This document shows positions 1 through 16,768 of a stretch of DNA of 32,737 nucleotides, piece by piece; the first letter of the stretch is position 1; the number at the start of each line of letters is the position of its first letter. The notes below the pieces were generated by a model that was not told where the DNA came from, did no database searches, and was given only the letters and a program-made list of their open reading frames with translations. Both the position numbers and the translations under genes were made by a program. The stretch spans positions 1 to 32,737 of the forward strand of contig DATLZL010000216.1 in NCBI GenBank assembly GCA_035574035.1, in the 5' to 3' direction. This DNA comes from Candidatus Binatia bacterium. GTDB lineage: Bacteria > Methylomirabilota > Methylomirabilia > Rokubacteriales > CSP1-6.

Positions 1-237
1 GACGCGTCCGGCGCTGCCGGCGGGCGCCTGGGTGTGACGGCCGTCTCCGCCCGCGCGCTGGCCGCCGGCCTGGTCGAGGCTGCGGGCGGCCGCGAGCGCC
101 TCCAGGACGACCCCCAGGCCCTCGCCGAGGCGGCCGTCGACCGCCGCCGCCTCGCACTCGCCCGGGGCGTCGGTCACCCGCTCGGCGCCGACCAGGTCGC
201 GCAGCGCCGCGCCCAGGCTGCGGGTGGAGACCGCCAT
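1..237 (-). CDS. FAD-binding oxidase subunit, GlcE-like, N-terminal part (runs off the window edge)
   Basis: The ATG at 235-237 shares one base with the stop of the upstream glcD-like gene (TGATG). The frame stays open to position 1. The translation MAVSTRSLGAALRDLVGAERVTDAPGE..AAAVDG resembles N-termini of FAD/PCMH-type subunits that follow glcD. It is absent from the ORF track because it is truncated. Confidence 0.4.
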   Translation of the reverse strand, partial: MAVSTRSLGAALRDLVGAERVTDAPGECEAAAVDGRLGEGLGVVLEALAAARSLDQAGGQRAGGDGRHTQAPAGSAGRV

Positions 238-1682
238 CAGACCCAGGCCCCGGCCGGCAGCGGCCGCCGGGCCGGCCGGAAACCCTCGCCGCAGGCCGGA
301 TGGGCGGGCAGGAGCTTGCCGGGATTCATCAACCGATCGGGGTCGAACACCCGCCGCAGCCGGGCCATGAAGTTGAGGTCGGCCTCCCGGTACTGGAGCG
401 GCAGGTTCTTGGCCTTATCCAGGCCCACCCCGTGCTCGCCGGTGACCGAGCCGCCCAGCGCGATGCAGGCGCGCAGCAGCTCCTCGTTGGCCGCCAGCGC
501 GCGCTCGAGTTCCTCCGGCCGGCGGTCGTCGTAGCAGATGAGCGGGTGGAGGTTGCCGTCGCCAGCGTGGAACACGTTGGCGATGGTGACGCGGTGGCGG
601 GCGGCGATGGCGGCCATCTCGCGCATGATCACCGGCAGCTTCGAGCGCGGGACGACCGCGTCCTGGAGCAGGTAGGCCGCCGTCAGCCGCCCGACCGCCC
701 CGGCCGCCTCCTTGCGACCCTTCCAGAGCCGGGCCCGCTCGACCTCGTCGCGAGCCACGCTCACCTCGAGCGCCTCCCGCCGCCGGCAGATCGCGGCCAC
801 CGCGTCGGCCTGCGCCTCGACCTCGGCGCGGGGGCCGTCGAGCTCGATGAGGAGCACCGCCCCGGCGCCGGCGGGATAGGTGGGCCCGAGGGCGGCGTTG
901 ATCGCACCGATGATGACCTCGTCGAGCATCTCGAGGGCGGCCGGCACGATGCCGGCGGCGATGATGTCGGACACGGCCTCCGAGGCCTCGACCATCGTCC
1001 GGAACGAGGCCAGCGCGGTCTTGACCGCCTCGGGCACGTGCAGCAGCCGAACCGTGATCTCGGTGACGAGGCCCAGCGTCCCCTCGCCGCCCACCGCCAC
1101 GCCAGTGAGGTCGTAGCCCGGCCGATCGGCCACCTTGCCGCCGAGCCGGGCCACCTCGCCGGTGGAGGTCACCAACTCGAGCCCCAGGACGTGGTTGGTG
1201 GTGATCCCGTACTTCAGGCAATGGGGGCCGCCGGCGTTGGTGGCGACGTTGCCGCCGATGGAGGACACCATCTGGCTCGACGGGTCCGGCGCGAAGAACC
1301 AGCCGCGGCCGGCGACCGCCCGGGTCAGCTCGAGGTTGATCAGGCCGGGCTGGACCACGGCGCAGCGGTTGGCCAGGTCGATTTCCAGGATCCGGTCCAT
1401 GCGGTTGAGCCCGATCATCACGCCGCCGTGCGGCGCCATGGCGCCGCCGATCAGGCCCGTGCCCGAGCCGCGGGGCACGATGGGGACGCCGGCCCGCCGG
1501 CACGCCCGGACCACGGCCTGGACCTCGGCGGTGGAGCGCGGCAGCACGACGGCGTCCGGGGCGCCCTTGTAGAAAGTGTGCATGTCGCACTCGTAGACGA
1601 GGCGACCTTCGGGGGTGGTGACGAGCCCGTCGGCCCCGACGATCTCGCACAGCTCGTCGAGGACCGCCGCCGTCAGCGCCAT
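237..1682 (-). CDS. glcD: FAD-linked oxidase, GlcD / D-lactate dehydrogenase family
   Basis: 481-aa ORF with an N-terminal FAD-binding PCMH pattern (VVLPRSTAEVQAVVRACRRAGVPIVPRGSGTGLIGGA). Its C-terminal FAD-oxidase domain ends in GEHGVGLDK...RVFDPDRLMNPGK. The ATG lies 13 nt after the korB stop. Confidence 0.85.
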   Translation of the reverse strand: MALTAAVLDELCEIVGADGLVTTPEGRLVYECDMHTFYKGAPDAVVLPRSTAEVQAVVRACRRAGVPIVPRGSGTGLIGGAMAPHGGVMIGLNRMDRILEIDLANRCAVVQPGLINLELTRAVAGRGWFFAPDPSSQMVSSIGGNVATNAGGPHCLKYGITTNHVLGLELVTSTGEVARLGGKVADRPGYDLTGVAVGGEGTLGLVTEITVRLLHVPEAVKTALASFRTMVEASEAVSDIIAAGIVPAALEMLDEVIIGAINAALGPTYPAGAGAVLLIELDGPRAEVEAQADAVAAICRRREALEVSVARDEVERARLWKGRKEAAGAVGRLTAAYLLQDAVVPRSKLPVIMREMAAIAARHRVTIANVFHAGDGNLHPLICYDDRRPEELERALAANEELLRACIALGGSVTGEHGVGLDKAKNLPLQYREADLNFMARLRRVFDPDRLMNPGKLLPAHPACGEGFRPARRPLPAGAWV

Positions 1683-1695
1683 GCGGGCGCTGGCC

Positions 1696-2720
<1,025 letters not shown>

Positions 2721-2724
<4 letters not shown>

Positions 2725-4592
2725 GCCGGCCTCCCGGTGAGTTGCATGATCGCCTCCAGGATGTCCTCGGTCGCCAGCGGAAGGCCGCGCACGCGGTTGA
2801 AGCCTACCGCGTCCACCAGGTACTCCGAGCGCAGCACCCGCACCAGCTGGCCGCTGTTGATCTCGGGCACCAGCACCTTGCGGTACTCGCGCAGGATCTG
2901 TCCGAGGTCGGGCGGCAGCGGGTTCAGGTAGCGGAGGTGGACGGAGGCCACCGAGAGGCCCTCGGCCTGCGCCCGCTCGACGGCGGCGGTGATGGCTCCG
3001 TAGGTCCCGCCCCAGCCGACGACCAGGAGGTCGCCGGTGGCGGGGCCGTGGATGGTGGTCGGCGGGATCTCCTGGGCCACCCGGCGTACCTTCTCGGCCC
3101 GGGTCCGCACCATGTGGTCGTGGTTCTCCGGGTCGTACGAGATGTTGCCGGTGACGTCCTGCTTTTCCAGGCCGCCGATGCGGTGCTCCAGGCCCGGCGT
3201 GCCCGGCCGCACCCACGGCCGCGCCAGGGTGGCCGGATCGCGCAGGTAGGGAAAGAAGCCCTCGGGGTCGGTCCGGAACTTCACCTCGATCGGCGGCAGC
3301 GTGCCCAGGTCGGGGATGAGCCACGGCTCCGAGCTGTTGGCCAGGAACCCGTCGCTCAAAACGATGACGGGGACCATGTACTTCACCGCGATGCGGACGG
3401 CCTCGTAGGCGATGTAGAAGCAGTCGCCCGGCGTGGCCGGGGCCAGCACCACCACCGGCGACTCGCTGTTGCGGCCGTAGAGGGCCTGCATCAGGTCGGC
3501 CTGCTCGGGCTTGGTCGGCATGCCGGTGGACGGCCCGGCGCGCTGGATGTCGAACACGACCAGCGGCAGCTCGGCCATGACCGCCAGCCCGATCGCCTCT
3601 CCCTTGAGCGCGATGCCGGGGCCGCTGGAGCCGGTGACACCGACGGCGCCGCCCAGCGAGGCCCCGATGGCCGCCGTCACGGCGGCGATCTCGTCCTCGG
3701 CCTGGATGGTGCGGATGCGGAACCGCTTGTGCAGGGCCAGCTCCTCGAGGATGGACGAGGCCGGGGTGATGGGGTAGGCGCCGTAGACGATCGGCAACCG
3801 GGACCGCTCGGCGGCGGCCAGGAGCCCCCAGGCCAGCGCGCGGTTACCGGTCATCGCGCGGTAGAGGCCGGGCGCCATCTCGGCCGCCTCGACCGTATAG
3901 TGCTCGTTGAAGAACTCGGCCGTCTCGCCGAAGGCGTGCCCGGCCTTGAGCACCCGCAGGTTGGCCTCGGCGATCTCCGGCCGCTTGGCGAAGCGCTTCC
4001 GGATCCACTCGACCGTCGGCTCCAGCGGGCGGGTGTAGATCCAGGAGACAAGGCCCAGCGCGAAGAAGTTCTTGGTGCGCTCCTTCTCCTTCTGGTTGAG
4101 CGGCAGGTCCCGGATCGCCTCCAGGGTGAGCGCCGTCATGTCGACCTTGTGGAGCCGGTAGCGCTCGGCCAGGGCCGGGTCGTCCAGCGGGTTCTGCGCG
4201 TAGCCGGCCTTGTCAAGGTTGCGCTTGTCGAAGGCGGCGGTGTTGACGATCAGCAGCCCCCCGGTCTTGAGGTCGCCCAGGTGGACCTTCAGCGCGGCCG
4301 GGTTCATGGCCACCAGGCAGTCCAGGCGGTCGCCGGGGGTGTAGACGCGCTGGCTACCGAACTGGAGCTGGAAGCTCGAGACGCCGAACAGCGTGCCGGC
4401 CGGCGCGCGGATCTCGGCCGGAAAGTTCGGCAGCGTGGCGACGTCGTTGCCGGCCCAGGCCGACTCGGTCGTGAACTGCTCGCCGGTGAGCTGCATGCCG
4501 TCGCCGGAGTCCCCGGCGAACCGCACCACGGCCCGTTCCAGCTCCCGGCGCGGCTTGACGGCTCCCTTGGCCGGAGCCACCGTCTCGCTCAT
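2721..4592 (-). CDS. korA: 2-oxoacid:ferredoxin oxidoreductase, alpha subunit (fused alpha/gamma type)
   Basis: Start set at MSETVAP (ATG 4590-4592), preceded by GGAGGA 5-10 nt upstream. The sequence RFAGDSGDGMQLTGEQF...YPITPASSILEEL...GPSTGMPTKPEQADL is typical of two-subunit KorAB enzymes. Confidence 0.9.
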
Positions 4593-4718
4593 CGATCCTC
4601 CTGTCCTTTCCGCGCCGCCCGGGCGGCACACCCCGTCCCCCACAATCGCTCGGGGGGGAACGCGCCGGAACAGCGCGTCCGGCCTGACGCCTGGCTGTCA
4701 GGACAGACGCCGCTCATC

Positions 4719-5654
4719 TTATCGGAGCGCTCCCGGCTCGGCAAGGATTCGGGGGCCGCCGTCGCCGCCCGGGGCCGAGGCCTGCTGCAGCAGCTCGATG
4801 AAGCGCCGGACGGCGGGAGTGAGCGGCTTCTGGCGCCGGTGGATCAGCCCCACCGGGCGCACCAGCTCGGGCAGGTCGAACGGCACCACCGCCAGCGTCC
4901 GGATCCCGGCCTCCTTCTCGACCGTGTGCCGGGGCAGCAGGCTCACCCCGGCGTCGATCATGATCGCCTGCTTGATGGTCTCGATGTTGTCGAACTCCAT
5001 CACGACGTGCAGCCGGACTCCCCGCTGGCGCAGGACGCGGTCGATGGCCTTGCGGATAGTCAGCTCCCGGTCGAAGGCGACGAAGGGCTGACCGATCAGG
5101 TCGGCCGGGGCGACACTGCGGCGCCGGGCGAAGCGGTGCGCGGGGTGACAGACCAGGGCCATCGGCTCCTGGCGCAGCGGCACCACCGTCAGCGCGCGGT
5201 CGGCGGGCGGGTAGGACATGACGCCGACGTCGGCCTCGTCGCTGAGCACCGCCTCCACCACCTTGTGCGGGTGCAGGCACTCGAGCTGGACCCGCGCGTT
5301 GGGGTAGAGCGACATGAACCGTTGCAGGTGGTGGCTCATGTCGTGCAGGCCGACCGAGTAGATCGCCGCCACCCGCACGGTGCCGTCCACCCGGGCCCGG
5401 ACCGAGGCCACCTGGGCCCGGGCCTGCTCCCACTGCTCGAGCAGCCCGCGGCAGGCCTCGTAGAACGTCCGCCCCTCGGGCGTGACCACGAACGGCCGTC
5501 GGGTGCGGTCGATGAGGGTCACGCCGAGCTCGCGCTCGAGCTGCTGCACGGCCTGGCTGGCCGCGGACTGGGAGACGAAGTTCTGCTCGGCGCCGCGGGA
5601 GAAAGACCGCAGCCGGACGATGTCGCAGTAGAGGCGGAGGGTCTCCAGGTGCAC
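4719..5654 (-). CDS. LysR-family transcriptional regulator (GltC-like position, divergent from gltBD)
   Basis: 311 aa with a GTG start. N-terminal wHTH: LETLRLYCDIVRLRSFSRGAEQNFVSQSAASQAVQQLERELGVTLIDR. The C-terminal part is a LysR substrate-binding domain. Confidence 0.9.
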   Translation of the reverse strand: MHLETLRLYCDIVRLRSFSRGAEQNFVSQSAASQAVQQLERELGVTLIDRTRRPFVVTPEGRTFYEACRGLLEQWEQARAQVASVRARVDGTVRVAAIYSVGLHDMSHHLQRFMSLYPNARVQLECLHPHKVVEAVLSDEADVGVMSYPPADRALTVVPLRQEPMALVCHPAHRFARRRSVAPADLIGQPFVAFDRELTIRKAIDRVLRQRGVRLHVVMEFDNIETIKQAIMIDAGVSLLPRHTVEKEAGIRTLAVVPFDLPELVRPVGLIHRRQKPLTPAVRRFIELLQQASAPGGDGGPRILAEPGALR

Positions 5655-5688
5655 GGACGCAGCCTACCATAAGAAACCCTAATACCCA

Positions 5689-5735
5689 TCATCTGCTTTT
5701 TCCCGGATGACTTATGCTCGGCGGGCGGCTAGTAT
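5689..5735 (+). promoter_or_regulatory. Candidate LysR-type dyad (TCATC-N12-GATGA) overlapping a sigma70-like promoter (TGACTT, 16 nt, TAGTAT) for gltBD
   Basis: Inverted repeat at 5689-5693 / 5706-5710. Candidate -35 at 5708-5713 and -10 at 5730-5735. It lies in a locally AT-rich divergent intergenic region 50 nt upstream of the gltB ATG. This rests on pattern matching only. Confidence 0.3.
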
Positions 5736-5784
5736 CGTGCAACTCTTCACAAGACACGACCGCTGACGAGGCGAGGGCGACGGC

Positions 5785-11797
<6,013 letters not shown>

Positions 11798-11805
11798 CTA
11801 GGTCC

Positions 11806-11850
11806 CAGCCGCCCGCTCCGGCGACCCCCCGGGAGCGCGCCGGGCGGCTG
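11806..11850. terminator. Long GC-rich hairpin between convergent gltD and the Cld-family gene (possible bidirectional terminator)
   Basis: Perfect 10-nt inverted repeat: CAGCCGCCCG (11806-11815) and CGGGCGGCTG (11841-11850). A second tight palindrome GCCGCCC-C-GGGCGGC follows at 11850-11864. There is no clear U-tract, so function is uncertain. Confidence 0.35.
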
Positions 11851-11886
11851 CCGCCCCGGGCGGCTTCCCCGGCGCCCGGCGCCGAC

Positions 11887-12597
11887 TCAGCGCAGCGGGC
11901 TCTGCCAGACGACGTGGCCGACGAAGAACGGCCCCAGCCGCTCGATGTACTGGGACGTCTGCACCGTCCGGCGCATCGTCTGCACCAGGTGGGAGAGCGG
12001 GTGCAGGTCCCGTCCGACCAGGCCGATGACGAAGTCGTTGTCGTGGGTGTCCAGCCCGTGGCAGGCGAGCCGGATGTCGTGGGCCAGGTCGGCGTCGCCG
12101 TAGGCGTGGCCGAGGACGGCGTGCTCCTTCACGATCGCCCCCTGCTCGGCCGCCGGCAGCCGCGAGAAGGCGCCGGTGCGGCGCAGCGGGTACCAGATCG
12201 CCCACGGCCAGGCGGGATTGAGCGCGGTGCGCCGCGGCCGCCGCAGCAGCCAGTCCTCCAGGTCGGCCTCGAAACCCGAGGAGTAGGTCCGGCCGAACAT
12301 CGTGAAGGCCGGCCGGTGCGCAAGCGCAGCGAAGGGCTCCGCGGCCAGCAACTCGCGGAAGGGGCCGGCGAAGAACGCCGGGTCTTCGTGCATGGCCAGG
12401 ACCGCGACGCCCCGGGGGTCGTTGACGTCCCGGTAGAGCACGGCCTCGAGGCCGCTCGCCTCCAGCGCCCGCACCAGCGCCTTGGGCTCCGGCGCAGCGC
12501 CGAAGGCTTGCAGCTGCATCCAGAGCCGGCGGCTGGAGGTCTGCCCCTGCGCGCCCCGCTCGTGGACGTCGATGCGCCGCTCCTCGCCAGCGTTCAT
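11887..12597 (-). CDS. Chlorite dismutase family protein (HemQ/ChdC-like or Cld-like)
   Basis: Internal ATG (MNAGEERR...) of the 312-aa track ORF, giving 236 aa. Family-typical C-terminal half: YPLRRTGAFSRLPAAEQGAIVKEHAVLGHAY...HGLDTHDNDFVIGLVGRDL..LVQTMRRTVQTSQY..GPFFVG. Confidence 0.75.
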   Translation of the reverse strand: MNAGEERRIDVHERGAQGQTSSRRLWMQLQAFGAAPEPKALVRALEASGLEAVLYRDVNDPRGVAVLAMHEDPAFFAGPFRELLAAEPFAALAHRPAFTMFGRTYSSGFEADLEDWLLRRPRRTALNPAWPWAIWYPLRRTGAFSRLPAAEQGAIVKEHAVLGHAYGDADLAHDIRLACHGLDTHDNDFVIGLVGRDLHPLSHLVQTMRRTVQTSQYIERLGPFFVGHVVWQSPLR

Positions 12598-12611
12598 CCC
12601 TGCCACTGCCC

Positions 12612-13643
12612 TCACCCGCCCCGGGTGTGCATCTCGAGGTGCGGGTCCCGCCGGAGCGCCGCGATCTGCACCAGCGGACCACGCTCGCGCGCGGCCAGCC
12701 GCTCCTCGGCCCCCCGGTCGGCGCGGGCCTGCCAGTGGCCGGCGATCAGCGCCCGCAACTCCTCCCGGGTCGCTCCCCGGCGGAGGGGACCGCGCAGATC
12801 CGTCCCTTCGATGGCGTAGAGGCACCGGAACCAGAGGCCGTCGGCGGTGAGCCGGCTCCGGTCGCAGGCCCGGCAGAAGGGCGCGGTGGTGGAGGCGATG
12901 ATTCCGAAGGTAAGGCCGTCGGGCAGCCGGAAGCGCTCGGCCGGTGCGGTGCTGTCCGGCTCGAGCACCGGCTCGATGCGGCCGTAACGGCGGCCCAGCG
13001 CGGCCAGGATCTCGGCCCGCGAGACGACCTGGTCCATGGACCAGCGGGTGGCGCCGCCCACGTCCATGTACTCGATGAAGCGGACCTCGGCCGGCACCCG
13101 GCGGGAGAACTCGATCAGGTCCCCGAGCTCGTCGTCGTTCACCCCGCGGATGACGACGGTGTCGAGCTTGGTGCCGGTGAAGCCGGCCGCCGTTACGGCG
13201 GCGATGCCCTCCAGCACCTGGCCGTGCACCGCCGCCGGGCGGCGCGTGAGCGGCGGGAACCGCTCCGGGCGCAGGGTGTCCAGGCTCACCGTCACCCGGT
13301 GCAGCCCCGCCGCGCGCAGCGCCGCCGCCTGCTCGGCCAGCAGCACCCCGTTCGTCGTCATGGCCAGGTCACGGATGCGGGGCTTCGCGGCCAGCTGCCG
13401 GACCAGCTCGGCGAGGTGGCGACGCAGCAGGGGCTCGCCCCCGGTGAGCCGGACCTTGTCCACGCCCAGATCCAGGAAGACGTCGACCAGCGCGCTGATC
13501 TCCTCGAAGTGCAGGATGGCCTCCCGCGGGAGCCACGCGTACTCCTCCTCCGGCATGCAGTACTGGCAGCGGAGGTTGCACCGGTCGGTGACGGACAGCC
13601 GGAGGTTCCGCAGCGGGCGGCCGAAGGCGTCGCGCACGAGCAT
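12612..13643 (-). CDS. moaA: GTP 3',8-cyclase MoaA (molybdenum cofactor biosynthesis)
   Basis: Internal ATG ([11 protein letters not shown]...) overlapping the upstream gene's stop as ATGA. Radical-SAM motif CNLRCQYC. Second cluster [19 protein letters not shown]-terminal GG tail. Confidence 0.9.
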   Translation of the reverse strand: MLVRDAFGRPLRNLRLSVTDRCNLRCQYCMPEEEYAWLPREAILHFEEISALVDVFLDLGVDKVRLTGGEPLLRRHLAELVRQLAAKPRIRDLAMTTNGVLLAEQAAALRAAGLHRVTVSLDTLRPERFPPLTRRPAAVHGQVLEGIAAVTAAGFTGTKLDTVVIRGVNDDELGDLIEFSRRVPAEVRFIEYMDVGGATRWSMDQVVSRAEILAALGRRYGRIEPVLEPDSTAPAERFRLPDGLTFGIIASTTAPFCRACDRSRLTADGLWFRCLYAIEGTDLRGPLRRGATREELRALIAGHWQARADRGAEERLAARERGPLVQIAALRRDPHLEMHTRGG

Positions 13644-15349
13644 CACGCCACCCCGCTGGTCACGACCGCCTCCGCCTGCGCCCGCTCCCACTCCCGGATC
13701 AAGCCGGTCTTGCGCACGCCGACCTCGAGGTGGTCCCACGGCAGGCGTTCGTCCACGCTCCGCGGACGCGTGGTGTAGAAGTCCGGGTCCCCCGCCCACT
13801 CGCGCAGGGCCCGCCGCCAGTCCCCGTCGAGCTCGGCCGCCCGCTCCAGGAAGTCGGCCACCCGGCGGTCGCCCCGGGCCAGCAGGGCCTGAAGCGCTGC
13901 CTCCCGCGGGTTCTCGTGCAGCACGCGGACGTTCGGGAACCGGCGCACGCCCCGCTTGATCACCTCCAGCTTGGCGGCCAGCGACTCGGCGCCGTCGAAC
14001 GGCGCCCACTGGAAGGGCGTCCAGGGCTTGGGCACGAACGACGAGATGGACAGCGTCAGCCGACCGAAGGGGTGGCCGGCCGGATCGGGCACGCGCAGCC
14101 GGTCCAGCATCCGCCGGGCGAGGTCGGCGATGGCCTCGACGTCCTCCAGGGTCTCGGTGGGCTGGCCGATCATGAAGTACGTCTTGAGGTTGGGGATGCC
14201 GTGCCGGCGCACGAGGTCGCAGGCGGCCAGGATCTGCTCGTCGCTGATGCTCTTGCGGATGGCGCGCCGGAGCCGTTCCGTCCCCGCCTCCGGCGCCACC
14301 GTCAGCGTACGATGACCGCCGCGGGCGAGCGAGGCCGCCAGCTCGTCGGTCAGGCTGTCGGCGCGCAGCGACGAGATCGACAGCTCGAGGCCGTGGGCCT
14401 CGATGACCGTCAGCAGCTCGCCGATCCAGGGGTAGTCCGACACGCAGGCCCCCACCAGGCCGATGCGACGGTTGGCCGGGTCGGCGGCCAGCCGGGCCAC
14501 CGTCTCGCCGAGGGCCGCCACGCCGCGGTGCCGCACCGGCCGGTACACCTGGCCCTCCAGGCAGAAGCGGCAGCCGCGCCCGCACCCCTTGCCGACCTCC
14601 AGCAGGGCCATGTGGCCGTACTCGGCCTGCGGCGTCTTGACCAGCGAGATGGTTTCGAAGCGGTTGACGTCGCTCAGCCGGCGCTTGACCACCGGCAGCG
14701 GCGCGCCGTCGCGCGGGCGCACCTCGGCGATCGTCCCGTCGGGGCCGTAGTCGACGTCGTACCTGTCGGGGACATAGATGCCCGGCACCGCCGTCAACCG
14801 GTCCAGGAACTCGGCCCGGTCACGGTACCCGGCGCGGTAAAGATCGACCAGCTCGCCGACCACCTCCTCGCCCTCGCCCACCACGATGAAGTCCATGAAC
14901 GGGGCGATGGGCTCCGGGTTGGCGAAGGCGCACACCCCGCCCATGAGCACCAGCGGGTCGTGCGGCCGCCGGTCGGCCGCCCGGAGGGGGATGCCGCCCA
15001 GGCGCAGGATCCGCAGAGCGTGGATGTAGTCGCCCTCGTAGGTGATGGAGAAGCCGACCATGTGGAAGTCGGCCAGCGGCCGCTGCGACTCCAGCGAGAA
15101 GATCGGCGTGCCGGTGCGCCGCAGCTCCTCGATGTCTTCGGGGTCGGGCAAGAACACGCGCTCGCAGACCACGTCAGGCCTCCGGTTCAGGTGCCAGTAG
15201 ATGGTCTGGAAGCCCAGGTTGGACATCCCGACCGCGTAGCGGTTGGGGTAGACGAGGGCGATCGCCGCCCGGCCGCCCCAGTCCTTGCGGAAGGCGCCTT
15301 CCTCGGTGGCGAGCAGGGCCTGACTCTTCTGCTTGAGCCGCCACGACAT
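13643..15349 (-). CDS. Large radical-SAM protein (resembles the uncharacterised TIGR03960-type family)
   Basis: 568 aa. N-terminus: [27 protein letters not shown]3CX2C motif in [11 protein letters not shown]. The family assignment is from memory of the N-terminal pattern. Confidence 0.8.
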   Translation of the reverse strand: MSWRLKQKSQALLATEEGAFRKDWGGRAAIALVYPNRYAVGMSNLGFQTIYWHLNRRPDVVCERVFLPDPEDIEELRRTGTPIFSLESQRPLADFHMVGFSITYEGDYIHALRILRLGGIPLRAADRRPHDPLVLMGGVCAFANPEPIAPFMDFIVVGEGEEVVGELVDLYRAGYRDRAEFLDRLTAVPGIYVPDRYDVDYGPDGTIAEVRPRDGAPLPVVKRRLSDVNRFETISLVKTPQAEYGHMALLEVGKGCGRGCRFCLEGQVYRPVRHRGVAALGETVARLAADPANRRIGLVGACVSDYPWIGELLTVIEAHGLELSISSLRADSLTDELAASLARGGHRTLTVAPEAGTERLRRAIRKSISDEQILAACDLVRRHGIPNLKTYFMIGQPTETLEDVEAIADLARRMLDRLRVPDPAGHPFGRLTLSISSFVPKPWTPFQWAPFDGAESLAAKLEVIKRGVRRFPNVRVLHENPREAALQALLARGDRRVADFLERAAELDGDWRRALREWAGDPDFYTTRPRSVDERLPWDHLEVGVRKTGLIREWERAQAEAVVTSGVA

Positions 15350-15373
15350 CCCGGTCAGCCTACCACAGGGCCC

Positions 15374-16768
15374 TCAGCCCTTGACGACGCCGATCGGGCG
15401 CAGGCGCGCCACCTTGCGCGAGATCCCGAAGCGGTGGACCACCTCCACCACGTCCTTGACGTCCTTGTAGGCCTCGGGCATCTCCTCGGCCAGCGCGTCC
15501 CGCCCGGTGGCCCGGGCGACGATGCCCCGGGCCGCCAGCTCGTCAGCGATCCGGCGGCCCCGGGCGGCCTTGACCGCCGCCGTGCGGCTCAGGACCCGCC
15601 CGGCGCCGTGACAGGTGCTGCCGAAGGTCTCGCGCATGGCCGCCTCCGTCCCCAGCAGGACGAACGAATAGCGCCCCATGTCCCCGGGGACCAGGACCGG
15701 CTGGTCGGGAAAGGCCCGCGTGGCCCCCTTGCGGTGCACGAGCACCCGGCGGCGCCGGCCGTTGACCGCGTGCTCCTCCTCCTTGGCGATGTTGTGGGCG
15801 ACGTCGTAGATGACCCGGACCGAGCCCGGGGCCGCGCCCAGCACGCGCTGGAGAACCTCGCGCGTCCAGTGCGCCAGCAGCTGGCGGTTGGCGAAGGCGA
15901 AGTTGGCCGCCGCCCGCATGGCGCCCAGGTAACGGCGCGCCTCCTCCGACTCGATGGGCGCGCAGGCCAGCTGCCGGTCGGGCACGCTGATGCCGTAGCG
16001 CCGCAGCGCCGCCTCGGTGATCTTGAGGTAGTCGGTGCAGACCTGGTGACCCAGTCCGCGTGAGCCGGTGTGAATCATCACGGTCACCTGTCCGGGGCGC
16101 AGGCCGAGCCGCTCGGCCGCCGCCGGGTCGTAGACCTCGTCCACCACCTGGACCTCGAGGAAGTGGTTCCCGGAGCCGAGGCTGCCGAGCTGCTGTCGGC
16201 CGCGCTCGAGGGCGTGAGCCGAGACCTGCTCGGGATCCGCCCCGGGGATGCGTCCCCCGGACTCCAGGTGCTGGAGGTCCTCGGGCAGGCCGTAGCCCCG
16301 CTCCACCGCCCACGCCGCACCCCGGGCCAGGACCTCCCGGAGGTCGCGGTCGGTCAGCGAGACGCGTCCCTTGGAGCCGACCCCGGTCGGAATGGCGCCA
16401 TAGAGGACGTCGACCAGCTCCCCCAGCCGGGGAGCGACGGCGGCGGCGTCAAGGTCCGTCGCCAGCAGGCGCACGCCGCAGTTGATGTCGAAGCCGATCG
16501 CCCCGGGGCTCACCACGCCGGTCTCGACGTCGGTGGCGACCACACCGCCGACCGGCAGCCCGTAGCCCTGGTGGATGTCGGGCATCGCGAGCGCAGCCTT
16601 GACGATGCCAGGCAGCGTGGCCCCGTTGGCGAGCTGCTCCAGCGAGGCCTCGGTGCGGATGTGGGCCATCAGCCCCTCATCGGCCACGATCAGGGCCGGC
16701 ACCCGCATCCCGGGCCGGCCGTCCGGGGGAATGCGCCAGAGGTACGGTCCGATCTGCTCGACCTTCAC
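15374..16768 (-). CDS. rtcB: RNA-splicing ligase RtcB
   Basis: GTG start at VKVEQIGPY inside the 781-aa track ORF. Motifs: DIHQGYGLPVGG, GFDINCGVR, GSGNHFLE, HTGSRGLGHQV, HNIAKEE, CHGAGR. The upstream part of the track ORF overlaps lgt out of frame. Confidence 0.85.
   Translation of the reverse strand: MKVEQIGPYLWRIPPDGRPGMRVPALIVADEGLMAHIRTEASLEQLANGATLPGIVKAALAMPDIHQGYGLPVGGVVATDVETGVVSPGAIGFDINCGVRLLATDLDAAAVAPRLGELVDVLYGAIPTGVGSKGRVSLTDRDLREVLARGAAWAVERGYGLPEDLQHLESGGRIPGADPEQVSAHALERGRQQLGSLGSGNHFLEVQVVDEVYDPAAAERLGLRPGQVTVMIHTGSRGLGHQVCTDYLKITEAALRRYGISVPDRQLACAPIESEEARRYLGAMRAAANFAFANRQLLAHWTREVLQRVLGAAPGSVRVIYDVAHNIAKEEEHAVNGRRRRVLVHRKGATRAFPDQPVLVPGDMGRYSFVLLGTEAAMRETFGSTCHGAGRVLSRTAAVKAARGRRIADELAARGIVARATGRDALAEEMPEAYKDVKDVVEVVHRFGISRKVARLRPIGVVKG

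Noticed and set aside
34-534. 166-aa plus-strand ORF at the left edge
   Set aside because: It overlaps the 3' end of glcD and the GlcE-like start on the opposite strand. Its composition is Ala/Arg/Ser-rich with no motif.
2742-5672. 976-aa plus-strand ORF opposite korA and the LysR gene
   Set aside because: It spans two unrelated, well-supported minus-strand genes plus their intergenic spacer. Its composition is that of a shadow ORF, and it has no recognisable domain.
11887-12597. Calling the Cld-family protein a functional chlorite dismutase (perchlorate/chlorate respiration)
   Set aside because: The proximal His context (VKEH) is present, but I could not align the distal catalytic Arg with confidence by eye. 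No pcr/clr genes are nearby. Only a family-level call is justified.
12612-14585. Long N-terminal extensions of track ORFs: 657-aa MoaA, 781-aa RtcB (15374-17719), 609-aa GalT (29279-31108), 542-aa KorB (1696-3324), 312-aa Cld-like and 264-aa PlsY
   Set aside because: The extensions overlap the upstream gene in another frame and are low-complexity. Family-typical N-termini begin at internal ATG/GTG codons that form ATGA/GTGA overlaps or have an SD.
13730-16063. 777-aa plus-strand ORF opposite the radical-SAM and rtcB genes. The same applies to 300-1886, 1615-2931, 10393-12819, 29117-30757 and 30361-31329.
   Set aside because: These are antisense or alternative-frame shadows of genes with clear family motifs. 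Their translations are dominated by R, G, A, P, D and H runs.
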